Positions 9,509-19,839 of a stretch of 64,000 nucleotides of DNA are shown piece by piece (within the stretch, counting starts at the first letter, position 1; every line of letters starts with the position of its first letter). The stretch covers positions 93,352-157,351 of the forward strand of contig CAZCXU010000001.1 of assembly GCA_964502885.1 (NCBI GenBank). The letters are read 5' to 3'. The DNA comes from an uncultured Gammaproteobacteria bacterium (GTDB lineage Bacteria; Patescibacteriota; Microgenomatia; CAZETR01; Amesbacteraceae). Under the pieces are notes generated by a model. The model saw only the letters and a list, made by a program, of their open reading frames with translations. It was not told where the DNA came from and searched no databases. The translations under genes were made by a program, and so were the position numbers.

Positions 9509-10735
9509 TTATCGGTTAGCTGTTTTAATAGTTTCCTGCTGTTTTGAACCCACGACAGATAAGCCTGTCAGAATCATAATTAAAAGAAAATTTTGATGTG
9601 AGGTTAACCAATAGTGATCAAAAAATCCACTAAAAAGGATGAATGTCCAAGAAAAAAGGTGGTTGACAGATAAATTGTGCATCAGCTTCGCGATGCCCCA
9701 GCATAAAGTGACTATCACCACCAGAAATGGAATAACCCCCAATTCAGTGATTAGCAGTAGATAAGTGTTGTGTATAGGCTGCGAGGACACAGCGTAAATA
9801 TTTGGGAAGGAATTGATTGACACATAGACGTAAGCCCCCAGTCCAGTCCCCCAAACAGGATATTTATTTATCAGGTTTTGCCAAATAGGAAGCTGATTTA
9901 GGCGACCAGATAATGATAGCGGGCGAAGCTGAATCCAAACTTGAACAATAAGACCCAAAACAATCATGCAGACAAAAAGCAATTTGGGACGATGTGTGCA
10001 TGTTAACAAACAAAACGATAATAATGCCGCCACCACCGTACCAAATGACCCAGTCAAAAAAATCGCCAACAGACCCAGCAGAATAACAAAATGAGTAAAC
10101 CCTTTTTTTTGAACCGAATGTGTGTGTTTAGGAAAAAGTAACATCAAGCAGACAGCCAAAAAGCCGGCCAGGGCGTTTGGATGGGGAAATGTGGCGTAAG
10201 ATCGAAGATGTGTACCAAAGTACGGGAGTGTATGTTTGGCGACTGCTGAGGAGGATAATGACAAAGGTCGTTCTCCCAGATAATAGAGAAGTCCACCCAC
10301 TTCACCAGACAAGTAGAACTGAGAGACTGACAATAAAGATAACCAAAGTACTGTAAAGGGCAAGATGCGGAAAAATACTTTTGAAAAATAATCCGCAGAA
10401 AGCACATAGGAATATATAAAGCATAAATACAGGAAAAATATTGTTACCTTGTACAGAGATAACAGAGGCACTCTTGATGTGTTTAATACAAATAGCAGGA
10501 TAGCGATGAACAGTAAAACCACGACTCGAAATCTTTGACGGAAAAAAGTGGGATTACGAGGTAGTCGAATTAAGAGAATTAGCATAACCAAAAGATCGAC
10601 AAAGTAGATAGCAGGCGAGAGATAATCTACCGGAAGGCCGAATGGATGCGAAAAATTTGGCCATAAGTGATAAGCCAACTGAGAAGGAAAAATCAGAACA
10701 AAAAGACCAAACAGAAATCGCTCTAGTTTATACAT
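9509..10735 (-). CDS. polytopic membrane protein, O-antigen ligase/Wzy_C-like (tentative)
   Basis: 408 aa with ~10 hydrophobic segments and a central large loop. Confidence 0.4.
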   Translation of the reverse strand: MYKLERFLFGLFVLIFPSQLAYHLWPNFSHPFGLPVDYLSPAIYFVDLLVMLILLIRLPRNPTFFRQRFRVVVLLFIAILLFVLNTSRVPLLSLYKVTIFFLYLCFIYSYVLSADYFSKVFFRILPFTVLWLSLLSVSQFYLSGEVGGLLYYLGERPLSLSSSAVAKHTLPYFGTHLRSYATFPHPNALAGFLAVCLMLLFPKHTHSVQKKGFTHFVILLGLLAIFLTGSFGTVVAALLSFCLLTCTHRPKLLFVCMIVLGLIVQVWIQLRPLSLSGRLNQLPIWQNLINKYPVWGTGLGAYVYVSINSFPNIYAVSSQPIHNTYLLLITELGVIPFLVVIVTLCWGIAKLMHNLSVNHLFSWTFILFSGFFDHYWLTSHQNFLLIMILTGLSVVGSKQQETIKTANR

Positions 10736-10838
10736 GAATAGGCCGATTATATAGTCATGTCAAAACAGAATGACTACATATCTTACACAAAACGAAAATT
10801 TTGTTTTGTGGTCGCTATAGTCTGAGAGGAAAAAACCA

Positions 10839-11300
10839 CTAAGCCTTGGCTGAAACGATGACACTACGGCTTCGACCAGTACCCTGAGAAGATGTGTCTA
10901 CGCGCGGGTGGTTGGCTAAATACAAATGGACAATGCGGCGCTCAGAAGCGGGCATGGGAGGCAAAGAGTGAGGTTGTCCGGTGGCAATAACCCGAGACAC
11001 TGCAGTATCGGCGAGGGAGTGGAGAGTAAACTGGCGGCGTTCACGATAGTCATTAACATTGACAGAAAGATTAAACCATTGCGAGTATTTGGCATGAAGA
11101 TGTTGGTTGAGAATCAACTGCATCGCACCAAGATTTTCTCCATGATAACCAATAAGAAGAGAAGGATTTTCGGTTTGAAGAAGAATCTGATAGGTGTCTG
11201 TTTCCTTGTCGTAATTCACTGTAGCGGTGACGTCAATAGAAAAGCCAAGATGTGCAAGAAGCTCCTGGGCTTGGGCCAAAACATTCGATGTGTGATCCAT
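10839..11300 (-). CDS. jag: Jag/SpoIIIJ-associated KH-R3H RNA-binding protein
   Basis: Sits immediately downstream of yidC. C-terminal R3H-like GQPHSLPPMPASERRIVHLYLANHPRV. Confidence 0.7.
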   Translation of the reverse strand: MDHTSNVLAQAQELLAHLGFSIDVTATVNYDKETDTYQILLQTENPSLLIGYHGENLGAMQLILNQHLHAKYSQWFNLSVNVNDYRERRQFTLHSLADTAVSRVIATGQPHSLPPMPASERRIVHLYLANHPRVDTSSQGTGRSRSVIVSAKA

Positions 11301-11301
11301 T

Positions 11302-12126
11302 TTAGTCGGCTGATTTTAGCAAATTAAATCGTTTTAGCCAAGGTTTGAGCCCGCCCAATCCCGTGATAGAGTATTGCTGCATTGCTCCGGTCAGGGAAAA
11401 AACAAACCAATAAATTACCAGCCCAGCCTGAAATTGATACCCTACTACGAGGGTCATAAGCGGGAAAAGATAGACCATCTGGCGCTGTGCCTCTACTATT
11501 GCATCGTCGGACGACTCAGGTGTGCCATCGGCAATTTTTTTTGCTTTGGCGACTACAGGGGAAAGCATTAGGGAACTGATCAGTTGAGTGACTGCAGACA
11601 GAAAGAGAAACAGTCCAGGAATCGGGAGGGGGACGCCAGGTATATGAAAGACGTCGGCCCTGGTAAGATCCATATATAAGAAATCAGTAGTAAGCTTAAA
11701 ATCAGAGGGGAGTTGATTGAAGGAATACAACTTATCACCGATTTCTGTCGCAATTTTTGAGGGATCTGCTTTGAGCACGATATTAAATACTGAGAAGAGA
11801 GCAATGAGTATGAGTATCTGAATTATCTGAGGCAAGCAACCTGAAGCTGGATTAAGTCCGTGTTCTTTGAAAAGTTGGGCTTGAGCCAGCATAAGCCCTT
11901 GTTTGTCGTTTTTGTACTTTTCCTTGAGTTTGGTAATTTCGGGGGCCAATTCCTGAGTTTTTTTAGTTACTTTGAGTCCTGGTAAAACTAACGGGGTCAT
12001 CACTATGCGGAGAGCGATTGTAAGCAAAATTATTGCTACACCCAAATTTCCGGTCAGTTGAAGGAAAAAAAATAAGGCGTTGAGCAACGGCTGTGTGAGT
12101 AAAGCGTCCCAAAGAGGTGCAAACAT
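11302..12126 (-). CDS. yidC: membrane protein insertase YidC (short Gram-positive-type form)
   Basis: 274 aa, multi-TM, in conserved rnpA-yidD-yidC-jag synteny. Confidence 0.8.
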   Translation of the reverse strand: MFAPLWDALLTQPLLNALFFFLQLTGNLGVAIILLTIALRIVMTPLVLPGLKVTKKTQELAPEITKLKEKYKNDKQGLMLAQAQLFKEHGLNPASGCLPQIIQILILIALFSVFNIVLKADPSKIATEIGDKLYSFNQLPSDFKLTTDFLYMDLTRADVFHIPGVPLPIPGLFLFLSAVTQLISSLMLSPVVAKAKKIADGTPESSDDAIVEAQRQMVYLFPLMTLVVGYQFQAGLVIYWFVFSLTGAMQQYSITGLGGLKPWLKRFNLLKSAD

Positions 12127-12131
12127 AGTGA

Positions 12132-12338
12132 TTATGGAAGGGGGTCAAATCCGCCAGGGTGCCATGGATGGCAGCGAATAATTCTAAGAACACCCAACCA
12201 AACTCCGTGAAGGATACCATATTTTTCTATGGCTTGATAGGCGTAGCGAGAACAGGTCGGCTGAAATCGACAACCTAACCCTTTATGTGATAGGTATTTC
12301 TGGTAAAAGACTATGGATGAGAGCAGTAATTTGCGCAT
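12132..12338 (-). CDS. yidD: membrane protein insertion efficiency factor YidD
   Basis: [30 protein letters not shown] is the YidD signature. Confidence 0.8.
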   Translation of the reverse strand: MRKLLLSSIVFYQKYLSHKGLGCRFQPTCSRYAYQAIEKYGILHGVWLGVLRIIRCHPWHPGGFDPLP

Positions 12339-12624
12339 GGGACAACCTGAGACAGGCTGGTTTGGGATAAATAATAATATCTAAGCCTTGATCTGGAATT
12401 ATTTCTGCAATCTCATGATATAAAATCCGACGAAGGCGATTTCTTTGAACAGCTTTTCTGGCAAGCTTTGCCGAGGTGACAACGCTATAACGATTTTGAT
12501 CTCCTGAATTCAGACCAGTCCTTTTGCTTATCAATAAACTTATCGATGGGAATGAAAGATTTCTCCCTGACGACTTGACCTGCAAAAAACTCTTACGGGA
12601 AAGTCTATAAATTCGAGGAGGCAT
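12283..12624 (-). CDS. rnpA: RNase P protein component
   Basis: 113-aa basic protein in rpmH-rnpA synteny. Overlaps the yidD start. Confidence 0.7.
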   Translation of the reverse strand: MPPRIYRLSRKSFLQVKSSGRNLSFPSISLLISKRTGLNSGDQNRYSVVTSAKLARKAVQRNRLRRILYHEIAEIIPDQGLDIIIYPKPACLRLSHAQITALIHSLLPEIPIT

Positions 12625-12633
12625 GCAAAGTCT

Positions 12634-12768
12634 TTAAGCTGTTAGGCGGCGGCGGCCAACTGCGCGACGGCGCTTAAGAACGTTGCGGCCAGTTCGGCTG
12701 CTCATACGACTACGAAATCCGTGCTTTCGGGCACGCTTGATCTTTTTCGGCTGAAAGGTGTGTTTCAT
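12634..12768 (-). CDS. rpmH: 50S ribosomal protein L34
   Basis: Hand translation gives [44 protein letters not shown]. Not in the ORF track because it is under 60 aa. Confidence 0.85.
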   Translation of the reverse strand: MKHTFQPKKIKRARKHGFRSRMSSRTGRNVLKRRRAVGRRRLTA

Positions 12769-12886
12769 TGCCATAACGTGGCTATTATATCATTCCAGAA
12801 TCTGGTTATGTCAAAATAGAATAGCCAGATATTTTATATAAAAAATCTGGAATTTGTGTTTGTGCTCGCTATGGTTCTTGACGGAT

Positions 12887-12895
12887 TGTGGATAA
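12887..12895 (-). promoter_or_regulatory. DnaA box (TGTGGATAA = reverse TTATCCACA) upstream of dnaA
   Basis: Perfect consensus 9-mer in the rpmH-dnaA intergenic region. Confidence 0.5.
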
Positions 12896-12916
12896 CTGGT
12901 ATAAGAGTGGCAGTGT

Positions 12917-14275
12917 ATGGATAAGGAAAAAACCTGGACAAGTGTACTCGCGTCCCTAAAAACTGAAGTGTCTGAGGGAATTTTTAACACCTATCTGAAA
13001 AATACTCACATTGTAGACATCCAGGAAAATGATCAACGAACAATTTTTGAAATAGGATGCAACTCCACATTTATAAGAAACACATTAGACCTTCGCTATC
13101 ACGGACAAATTGCTAGGGAATTATCCAGAGTAACAGGCAAAACAGCAGAGGTGGTAATTAAAGTTGCGGAAAAGAAAATTGAACTTGATGAAAAAGGAAC
13201 TCTTTTTGAGACACCCAAGGCCACCGTTTTTTCTGATGCATGGAGAAAGGCCAACCTGAAAGCTGACTTTACCTTTGAAAATTATGCTGTGTCCGGAAGC
13301 AACCAGATGGCGTATGCGGCCGCACAGGCCGTGGCGAAAAAATTGGGAGAAACATACAATCCATTGTTTATATACGGTGGGGTGGGGGTGGGGAAAACAC
13401 ATTTAATGCAAGCGATAGGTCACGAAGCCTTGCGAAATTCAAATGGACAGGTATTGTTTTGTTCCGGAGAGGAATTTACGAATGACCTAGTCGAAGCTAT
13501 TAGATTTAAAACTACGGATAAAGTTAGATCAAAGTATCGCAAAGTAAAACTTCTCATGATTGATGATGTGCAATTTATTGCCGGAAAACCCACAGTGCAG
13601 GAAGAATTTTTCCATACGTTTAACGCTATACAGCGCGACGGGGGTCAGGTCGTTATGACATCAGATAAGCCCCCCGGAGAAATTGCCAAGCTAGAGGAAA
13701 GGCTGAGAAGCCGGTTTGGGGCTGGCTTAATTGTCGACGTAGGGCCGGCAGACTTTGAATTGAGATCTGCAATTGTTCTAATTAAAGCCAAACAAAGAAA
13801 CATGGAAATCTCAATGGAAACAGCTCAAACGATTGCGGCAAATGTTACCGGAGTGCGAGAACTACAGGGGGCATTAATTAAACTGGAAACAGAAGAGCGA
13901 ATTCGGGGAAAAAAATTAGACATGGAGGAAATTTTGAAACTTTTGAATGTTCAAAACGAAGAAGCTATTAAATCCAGATTTATTACTCCAACTGAAGTCA
14001 TAAACCAGATCGGAAATTATTACGGAGTGGGCGTGCAACAACTTAAGGGTGAGAAAAGAACCAAGACGATTGTTTGGCCACGACAAATATTAATGTTTAT
14101 ATTACGCCACGATCTTAAACTACCATTGGAAGAAGTTGGAAGGCTGCTGGGAGGAAGAGACCACACCACAGTATTGCACGCCACAGACAAAGTCCGAGGG
14201 GAATTGGACCAGAACCATAAATTTGCAGCCGAAATGGCGGATGTTAAAAGAAAAATCTTTGGTGGTGGAGCATAA
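12917..14275 (+). CDS. dnaA: chromosomal replication initiator DnaA
   Basis: AAA+ Walker A GGVGVGKTHL, a C-terminal DnaA-box binding domain, and position upstream of dnaN. Confidence 0.9.
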   Translation: MDKEKTWTSVLASLKTEVSEGIFNTYLKNTHIVDIQENDQRTIFEIGCNSTFIRNTLDLRYHGQIARELSRVTGKTAEVVIKVAEKKIELDEKGTLFETPKATVFSDAWRKANLKADFTFENYAVSGSNQMAYAAAQAVAKKLGETYNPLFIYGGVGVGKTHLMQAIGHEALRNSNGQVLFCSGEEFTNDLVEAIRFKTTDKVRSKYRKVKLLMIDDVQFIAGKPTVQEEFFHTFNAIQRDGGQVVMTSDKPPGEIAKLEERLRSRFGAGLIVDVGPADFELRSAIVLIKAKQRNMEISMETAQTIAANVTGVRELQGALIKLETEERIRGKKLDMEEILKLLNVQNEEAIKSRFITPTEVINQIGNYYGVGVQQLKGEKRTKTIVWPRQILMFILRHDLKLPLEEVGRLLGGRDHTTVLHATDKVRGELDQNHKFAAEMADVKRKIFGGGA

Positions 14276-14528
14276 CGACATGAACAATTTGTGGACAAAG
14301 TGTGTGCGGGCAGGGGATGGGAGGAAAAAACTTGTGAATAAACACAATAAGTTGTTCACACCTAGTGGATTTTTTTTAATTTATCCACAATAATGTGCAC
14401 AAGTTTACATAGTAGGTTTTACACAAGAAATTAACCCGAAAGTTGAGTGCGATAATGCAAAATAATCAACTTATCCACAATACCTACTACTGAGACGACT
14501 ATTTTAGATATAAAAATATCGATACCGA
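14276..14528. promoter_or_regulatory. oriC-like dnaA-dnaN intergenic region with DnaA boxes and an AT-rich stretch
   Basis: TTATCCACA at 14381-14389 and 14471-14479. Variant TTGTCCACA (reverse) at 14290-14298. AT-rich TTTTTTTAATTT at 14371-14382. Confidence 0.6.
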
Positions 14529-15647
14529 ATGAAAACAACAGTTTTACAAAGTGATCTGGCAAAATGTTTGGGAACAGTCAGCAGAGTGATACCCAGCAGA
14601 GGGCAGTTGCCTGTGTTGGCAAATGTGCTATTGGAGGCACGCAAAGATGGATTGACCCTAGTAGCAACAAATCTGGAACTTGGAATTCGTGTAATGGTGG
14701 GGGGAAAGATTGAGGAGGAGGGTGACATAACTATTCCGGCGAAAAACTTAACTGAATTTGTATCATCGTTGCCTGCAGGGAGCGTTGATCTATCGACTGA
14801 TGGGGAGAAGATGCTTATTAAGGGCGGAAAGCTATCTGCGACCTTTACAGGGATTTCAGCGATGGAATTTCCGGTGGTACCAAAGATCGAAAGTGTACAA
14901 GGTGGACGAATAGTAAAGATTAAAAGGGCGATGATGGAAAAAGTTGCAAAACAAGTTGCTTTTGCTGCAGCTACAGATGAGAGTAGGCCAGTTTTGACAG
15001 GTGTGGTTTTTATGAGTGAGGGAAATATATTGAAAATTACGGCAAGTGATGGATTTCGATTGAGCAGGAGATTTATTGAGATGGAAAGGGGGTTATGGTT
15101 ATCGGATAAAAGGTTGATTCTTCCGGCAAGAACACTATTGGAGATGTCAAGAATTGCAGCAGAGGGTAAAAAGGAAGAGATTGAGATGGCTGAAATAGCT
15201 GAGAATAACCAGGTTATTATGGCTTACGATGGAATTCAGCTTACATCGCGGATACTGGAGGGTAATTTTCCTGATGTAGAAAAGATTATTCCCGTGGATA
15301 CCAGAACAAAGATTACTCTTGATAGGCAGGAAATGCTGCGGGCGGTTAAGGCAGTGGGGATATTTGCAAGGGACAGTTCGAATATTATCAGGCTTAGAAT
15401 TCAAGATGGCGGGATGATGGTGGAGGCAAGCGCTACTCAGACAGGAGAGAGCACTGTTGAATTGGAAGGGGAGAAGACTGGAGACGATGGACAGATTGCT
15501 TTCAATTACCGGTTTGTGTTGGACTTTTTGAATAGTGTGGATAGTGAGAGAGTTACCTTTGGAATGAATGACAGCCTGGCCTCAGGGTTGTTTGGAATTG
15601 ATGGTGACAATGAATTGCTGCACTTGATAATGCCGGTAAGAGTCTAA
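14529..15647 (+). CDS. dnaN: DNA polymerase III beta sliding clamp
   Basis: 372 aa with the three-domain clamp pattern, directly after dnaA. Confidence 0.9.
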   Translation: MKTTVLQSDLAKCLGTVSRVIPSRGQLPVLANVLLEARKDGLTLVATNLELGIRVMVGGKIEEEGDITIPAKNLTEFVSSLPAGSVDLSTDGEKMLIKGGKLSATFTGISAMEFPVVPKIESVQGGRIVKIKRAMMEKVAKQVAFAAATDESRPVLTGVVFMSEGNILKITASDGFRLSRRFIEMERGLWLSDKRLILPARTLLEMSRIAAEGKKEEIEMAEIAENNQVIMAYDGIQLTSRILEGNFPDVEKIIPVDTRTKITLDRQEMLRAVKAVGIFARDSSNIIRLRIQDGGMMVEASATQTGESTVELEGEKTGDDGQIAFNYRFVLDFLNSVDSERVTFGMNDSLASGLFGIDGDNELLHLIMPVRV

Positions 15648-16150
15648 TGCTCTCTCTCTGAACTATTTATGACGTCCCCTATTGGTGGTGATTGGGCTGG
15701 GGTAAAAGTCATAATAAAAGGTTCCTGAATATTGGGCACACGAAGATTAATCGTGTATTTCTGGTTCAGTTTCCAAGGTTGATTGGGCGTAAAATAAATT
15801 GTCATTCTATTTTTATGAATAATCTTTTTGAATGAAATTCCAGAATTTGAGACGATGATTAATTTGTCTATTTCTGAAAGAGTCAGAGGGCGGTTGAATG
15901 CGTAATATATGGCTGTAGTAGATCCTGCAATGGCGGGTTTGTTGGTTACCGGAGAGGTGTAAGTAAGTTTAAGTGGTATGTTTGGATCGATTGTGGGTGA
16001 AATAGTCGCTTGTGGCGGAGTAACTTGCACATTATTCGGAAGGAGGGAATTGTTGGTGGCAGGCTGAGAATCAGCAAAAAAAGAAGCAATACCAAGAACA
16101 ATGATTATGGTTACTAATGTAGTGATAATTTTTTTGATTTTGGAATTCAT
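15644..16150 (-). CDS. hypothetical secreted protein (T4SS-like locus, distal gene)
   Basis: N-terminal signal/anchor MNSKIKKIITTLVTIIIVLGIASFFA, then a Pro/Thr-rich linker. Confidence 0.45.
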   Translation of the reverse strand: MNSKIKKIITTLVTIIIVLGIASFFADSQPATNNSLLPNNVQVTPPQATISPTIDPNIPLKLTYTSPVTNKPAIAGSTTAIYYAFNRPLTLSEIDKLIIVSNSGISFKKIIHKNRMTIYFTPNQPWKLNQKYTINLRVPNIQEPFIMTFTPAQSPPIGDVINSSEREH

Positions 16151-16161
16151 ATTGTAATATT

Positions 16162-17028
16162 TTAACCACCGCAGAAATAATTTTCAGGACGAACCCAAAC
16201 TCCGTCTATCTGTGCCTCTAGGTGAAGGTGTGTATTGTTTCCCTGATCAAATAGTGCGGTAACAACTGTACCAGATATGGCATCTGTAGCGTAGGAAGAT
16301 GGCACCATAACATGAGTAAGTACTAAGTGGACAGATGTTGTGCCAGACGTTGTGTCGCAGTAGATGGTATTTCCGACTGAACCATTGGCGAATCCGTAAC
16401 GACATGACCAATTTACACTGACACCGTTTACTTGTGGAAGGACCACTCTGGTATCAGAGGAGAATACGTCAGCTGCAAAACCATATTCTGAGCACGAAGC
16501 TCCTCCCCCGGGCTGGTTACAGCGATTTCCATCAGGTGGGGTGGAGGTCCGACAACCGGACCCTTGTGGTATAGAGTAACAACTACCTCCGTATACGTCT
16601 TCCCAGTAATAAGAACTACCGTGTCCTCCCGAGCGATTGTGTTCCTGTGTGGGATTGTAAGAACCAAGAGATATGACTCCTCCAGGGATAGGGCAACTGC
16701 TGGGGTCAGCAAAACCTCCTCCGGGATCAAAAACTCCACCACCTCCAAAGCCGAATCCAAAACGAGAAACCGGAGTTACGAATCCTGAGCTGTTAATTAC
16801 TATTACAGCCATTAGGATGAAGCCAAAAAATATCGCCGTTGCCAACAATGCGATGAAAGCTGTTCCCAGTAGAGTGACTGCGTCGGCAATAAGGTGTTTT
16901 TTGAAATCTGTACCAAATGTTAGAAGTTTGCCGTAAGAAAAGCTTGATATTTTGGTGATATTAATGCTAAAAGCTGATCGAAGGCGACCAATGAGAGGAT
17001 TTATGGGGCCAATAGATAAACTAGCCAT
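16162..17028 (-). CDS. membrane-anchored Gly/Cys-rich protein with C-terminal M23 (LytM)-like peptidase motif
   Basis: TM anchor and a Gly-rich linker. The C-terminus GNNTHLHLEAQIDGVWVRPENYF resembles the M23 G-x-[ST]-G-x-HLHFE...P..Y motif. Confidence 0.45.
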   Translation of the reverse strand: MASLSIGPINPLIGRLRSAFSINITKISSFSYGKLLTFGTDFKKHLIADAVTLLGTAFIALLATAIFFGFILMAVIVINSSGFVTPVSRFGFGFGGGGVFDPGGGFADPSSCPIPGGVISLGSYNPTQEHNRSGGHGSSYYWEDVYGGSCYSIPQGSGCRTSTPPDGNRCNQPGGGASCSEYGFAADVFSSDTRVVLPQVNGVSVNWSCRYGFANGSVGNTIYCDTTSGTTSVHLVLTHVMVPSSYATDAISGTVVTALFDQGNNTHLHLEAQIDGVWVRPENYFCGG

Positions 17029-17033
17029 TATTC

Positions 17034-17321
17034 TTAATGATGATTAATTTCTTCAAGTAATATGAGCGGAAGTTTGAGCAAATGATCCTTTTCTTCCTGA
17101 TAAGGGTCGGAGAAATGTTCATCTGTAGAGTGTGTTTCCACTTCGCGGCGAAGCTCTTCTGTGCTTTTGTGGAGGACCTGCCCAGCCCATTGCCAAAGCG
17201 GGTCAGCGTCTGTTTTGAACTGATCAAAATTATGACAGGAATTACAGATTTCAATTACGGCGTTTTCCAGACTGCTGACGACAGATGGATTTATGTAGTC
17301 AGGGTAGGCAAAAGTGTTCAT
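17034..17321 (-). CDS. small acidic hypothetical protein
   Basis: 95-aa ORF translationally coupled to the upstream VirB4 gene. Confidence 0.35.
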   Translation of the reverse strand: MNTFAYPDYINPSVVSSLENAVIEICNSCHNFDQFKTDADPLWQWAGQVLHKSTEELRREVETHSTDEHFSDPYQEEKDHLLKLPLILLEEINHH

Positions 17322-19183
17322 TTTGATTCAGGAACCAGTATTGGTTTGGTTTGAGTTTCAGCTTGTTTTTGAGCTAATATTTCGGAGGGTTTGGTGGTAA
17401 TTAGCTTGTGTTCGTCCGGGGATGCTACAAAGCGAACAGCTACGTGATTGTTTCCTGCAAAAAACAGACCTTCTCCAACGTTTGCTGACAGGAGAAGGTG
17501 TTTTTCTCCCTCGGAGAGATAGAAGACCTGGGAAATTTTGTCGACTCCCGCTGGTGATTGTTTCATGAGTATTTGTAGGGAAGAACTGGTGACGATGGCT
17601 TTGCCGTAATCAGTGTTCAAAAAGTCTTCTACGTCCTGAGTAATAGTGGTAAGACCGAGAAAATACTTACGAGCGCGTTTGGCGACGCTGTAGAGGAAAC
17701 TGGCTGAGTCGGGATAACGCATGAGATACCAGGCCTCGTCTACCACAAGAATGCGTTTCTTGAGGTCGCGGCGCATTTTTGTCCAGATATAGTCAAGAAT
17801 GAGAAAGATAGCAATGGGCTTGAGAGAATCTTCGAGATCGCGGACAGAAAAAACTGTAAATTGATTTTTTAGTTGAATATTTGATGGCTGATCGACTATT
17901 CCGGTAAAACTTCCCTTTACAAATCGTTCTAGGCGATCAGCAAGAGATAGGGCTATGGGTTCTTCCATGCCAATGAAAGCTTTGTAAAGATCTTCCATTA
18001 GCGGGGGAGTATTTTTTTGTGTAGCGGGATCAGGGGTGATACCTTTCATACGATAAGCGAGATTGAGGGCGCGATCGAGAAGTGCGTCTTCTGTGGGGCT
18101 AAGGTTTCCCATGATGACTTTGAACATGGAATGCAGCGATTGAATTTTGAGATTAAGCTCGTTTTCATCTGAATTTTGGGTAAGAAGGGAAAGATCAAAG
18201 GGGTTGATGCGATTTTGAGAATTGTAGGAGAAATTGATGTAGTCGCCTCCTACGGCATCACAGAGGGCTTTGTATTCGTTTTCAGGATCTATAACGATTA
18301 TTTCTGTACCAAACATCATGGAACGAACCAGTTCAAGTTTAATGGTGTAAGACTTTCCCGCACCGGATTTGGCGAATACTACTGAGTTGGCGTTTTCCAG
18401 AGAGAAGCGATCAAAAATGACCAAACTGCCGTTGTGCTGATTTATTCCATAGAGGATGCCGTCATTGCTGGTGAGCTCTGATGAGGTGAAAGGGAAGGTG
18501 GTGGCCAGAGAGGTGGTGTCCATGTTTCTGGTGACCATAAGATGGTCGATACAGGTGGGGAGGGTGGTTTTGAAACCTTCAGCCTGCTGGAGGAGTGTGG
18601 GTGTAGAGGCCACTAGAAGAGATGAAAGGGAGCTAGTGACCTGTTTACTGGCAGTTTCAAGTTCGGAGGGGGAATCGGCGGGAATGGTGACATAGAGAGA
18701 GAATTGAAAGAAGCGTTCGATGCCTTTGACGAGTTGATCCTGAAGAGCCAGAGCGTCTTCGAGTTTGGCTTGGGTTACAGGATCGACAACGCGGCCGCGT
18801 TGGGCGTCAGTGTTTAGCTCGGCTTCCATTTCGGCAATCTTTCGACGCAGATCGTCGAGCGTGGACTTGCTTTCTACAGGATAGATGAACATGGAAATAT
18901 TTAGTGAATGGTCAAAATTAATGATGGGACTAAGCCAGTTGCTGGAGACGAAGCGGCGGTTTATTGAGGTGAAGTAGGTGCGGAAATATGTGTCGTTGAT
19001 TTTTAATGAATTGAAATCGATGGTAATGTTTTGTGGGGCGATGATATCCTTGACTGTTTTGGCCTGGGATAATTCTTTTTGGGGGAGAGCCATATTTGTG
19101 TCTGGGACGTTACCGGAGACCTGAGTTGCAGGAGTGGCAGTTTTTTTGACGGGGGTAAGGTTAGGGAGTTTTGGTAGCTTCAT
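17318..19183 (-). CDS. VirB4/TraC/PrgJ-family type IV secretion ATPase, C-terminal (ATPase) portion
   Basis: Walker A FAKSGAGKSYT and Walker B LVVDEAWYL. The VirB4 middle-region motif NWLSPIINFDHSLNISMFIYPV is also present. Confidence 0.8.
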   Translation of the reverse strand: MKLPKLPNLTPVKKTATPATQVSGNVPDTNMALPQKELSQAKTVKDIIAPQNITIDFNSLKINDTYFRTYFTSINRRFVSSNWLSPIINFDHSLNISMFIYPVESKSTLDDLRRKIAEMEAELNTDAQRGRVVDPVTQAKLEDALALQDQLVKGIERFFQFSLYVTIPADSPSELETASKQVTSSLSSLLVASTPTLLQQAEGFKTTLPTCIDHLMVTRNMDTTSLATTFPFTSSELTSNDGILYGINQHNGSLVIFDRFSLENANSVVFAKSGAGKSYTIKLELVRSMMFGTEIIVIDPENEYKALCDAVGGDYINFSYNSQNRINPFDLSLLTQNSDENELNLKIQSLHSMFKVIMGNLSPTEDALLDRALNLAYRMKGITPDPATQKNTPPLMEDLYKAFIGMEEPIALSLADRLERFVKGSFTGIVDQPSNIQLKNQFTVFSVRDLEDSLKPIAIFLILDYIWTKMRRDLKKRILVVDEAWYLMRYPDSASFLYSVAKRARKYFLGLTTITQDVEDFLNTDYGKAIVTSSSLQILMKQSPAGVDKISQVFYLSEGEKHLLLSANVGEGLFFAGNNHVAVRFVASPDEHKLITTKPSEILAQKQAETQTKPILVPESK

Positions 19184-19832
19184 TTTTGACTGATGGAACG
19201 GGAACTTTTGGTAAGGTAACGTTTGTTCCCATTACATCCTGATTATAGGAATTAAAAAATAACTGTAATAGTTCATTTGAGGTTATTTGGCGCCCTTTAA
19301 GACCTATGCGAGCGAGAAGTCGCAACAAATGATCTCTTTTGGGAACAAGGTTTGTAATGGCCCGATCAACTATATAGTCTTTGGGGAGAGTGGTATTTGC
19401 TGACTTACCTCCCAGAACTTTCAGCGAAGAACCAACACCTAATTCAAGTGAACTAAATGGCAAAGATATGTAGAATTTTTTATCCAACACATTTCCCTGA
19501 CGAACGATGGCTTTGACGAAGTCGCGATATTTAGTAAGCTGTTCCTTGAGCTTTGATGTGGTGATTTGGGCAAGGTGAGTGTCCAGTTTTTCGATATAAC
19601 TGGAAATATCTTTTCGTTTGCTGATGAGAACGATTTGGATGGAAAAAGTGAGTGAGTTTAGAAGCTGTGCGTAGGCATAAATGGTGGCGTCCTGCTCTCT
19701 TTCTGAAAGAAGACCAAAGTTGACGGCGCTAATTTCCATGACCATACAGGCCGAGCCGTCTTTGAGAATGACGATGTCGTTTTGAATATCTTCAATGTCC
19801 AGATGATCTTGTGTGCGGGGGGGGATAGTCAT
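19161..19832 (-). CDS. VirB4-family N-terminal domain, separate ORF (split gene or frameshift)
   Basis: DIEDIQNDIVILKDGSACMVMEISAVNFGLLSEREQDATIYAYAQLLNSL matches the N-terminal region of Gram-positive VirB4 homologs. The ORF ends 20 nt inside the start of the ATPase ORF. Confidence 0.5.
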   Translation of the reverse strand: MTIPPRTQDHLDIEDIQNDIVILKDGSACMVMEISAVNFGLLSEREQDATIYAYAQLLNSLTFSIQIVLISKRKDISSYIEKLDTHLAQITTSKLKEQLTKYRDFVKAIVRQGNVLDKKFYISLPFSSLELGVGSSLKVLGGKSANTTLPKDYIVDRAITNLVPKRDHLLRLLARIGLKGRQITSNELLQLFFNSYNQDVMGTNVTLPKVPVPSVKNEATKTP

Positions 19833-19839
19833 ACTTTTT

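Noticed and set aside
10736-10838. Palindromes CACAAAACGAAAATTTTGTTTTGTG and ATAGTCATG...ATGACTAC downstream of jag
   Set aside because: Probably the jag/yidC operon terminator or a generic AT-rich hairpin. No flanking T-run on the transcribed strand and no other evidence, so it is not listed as a feature.
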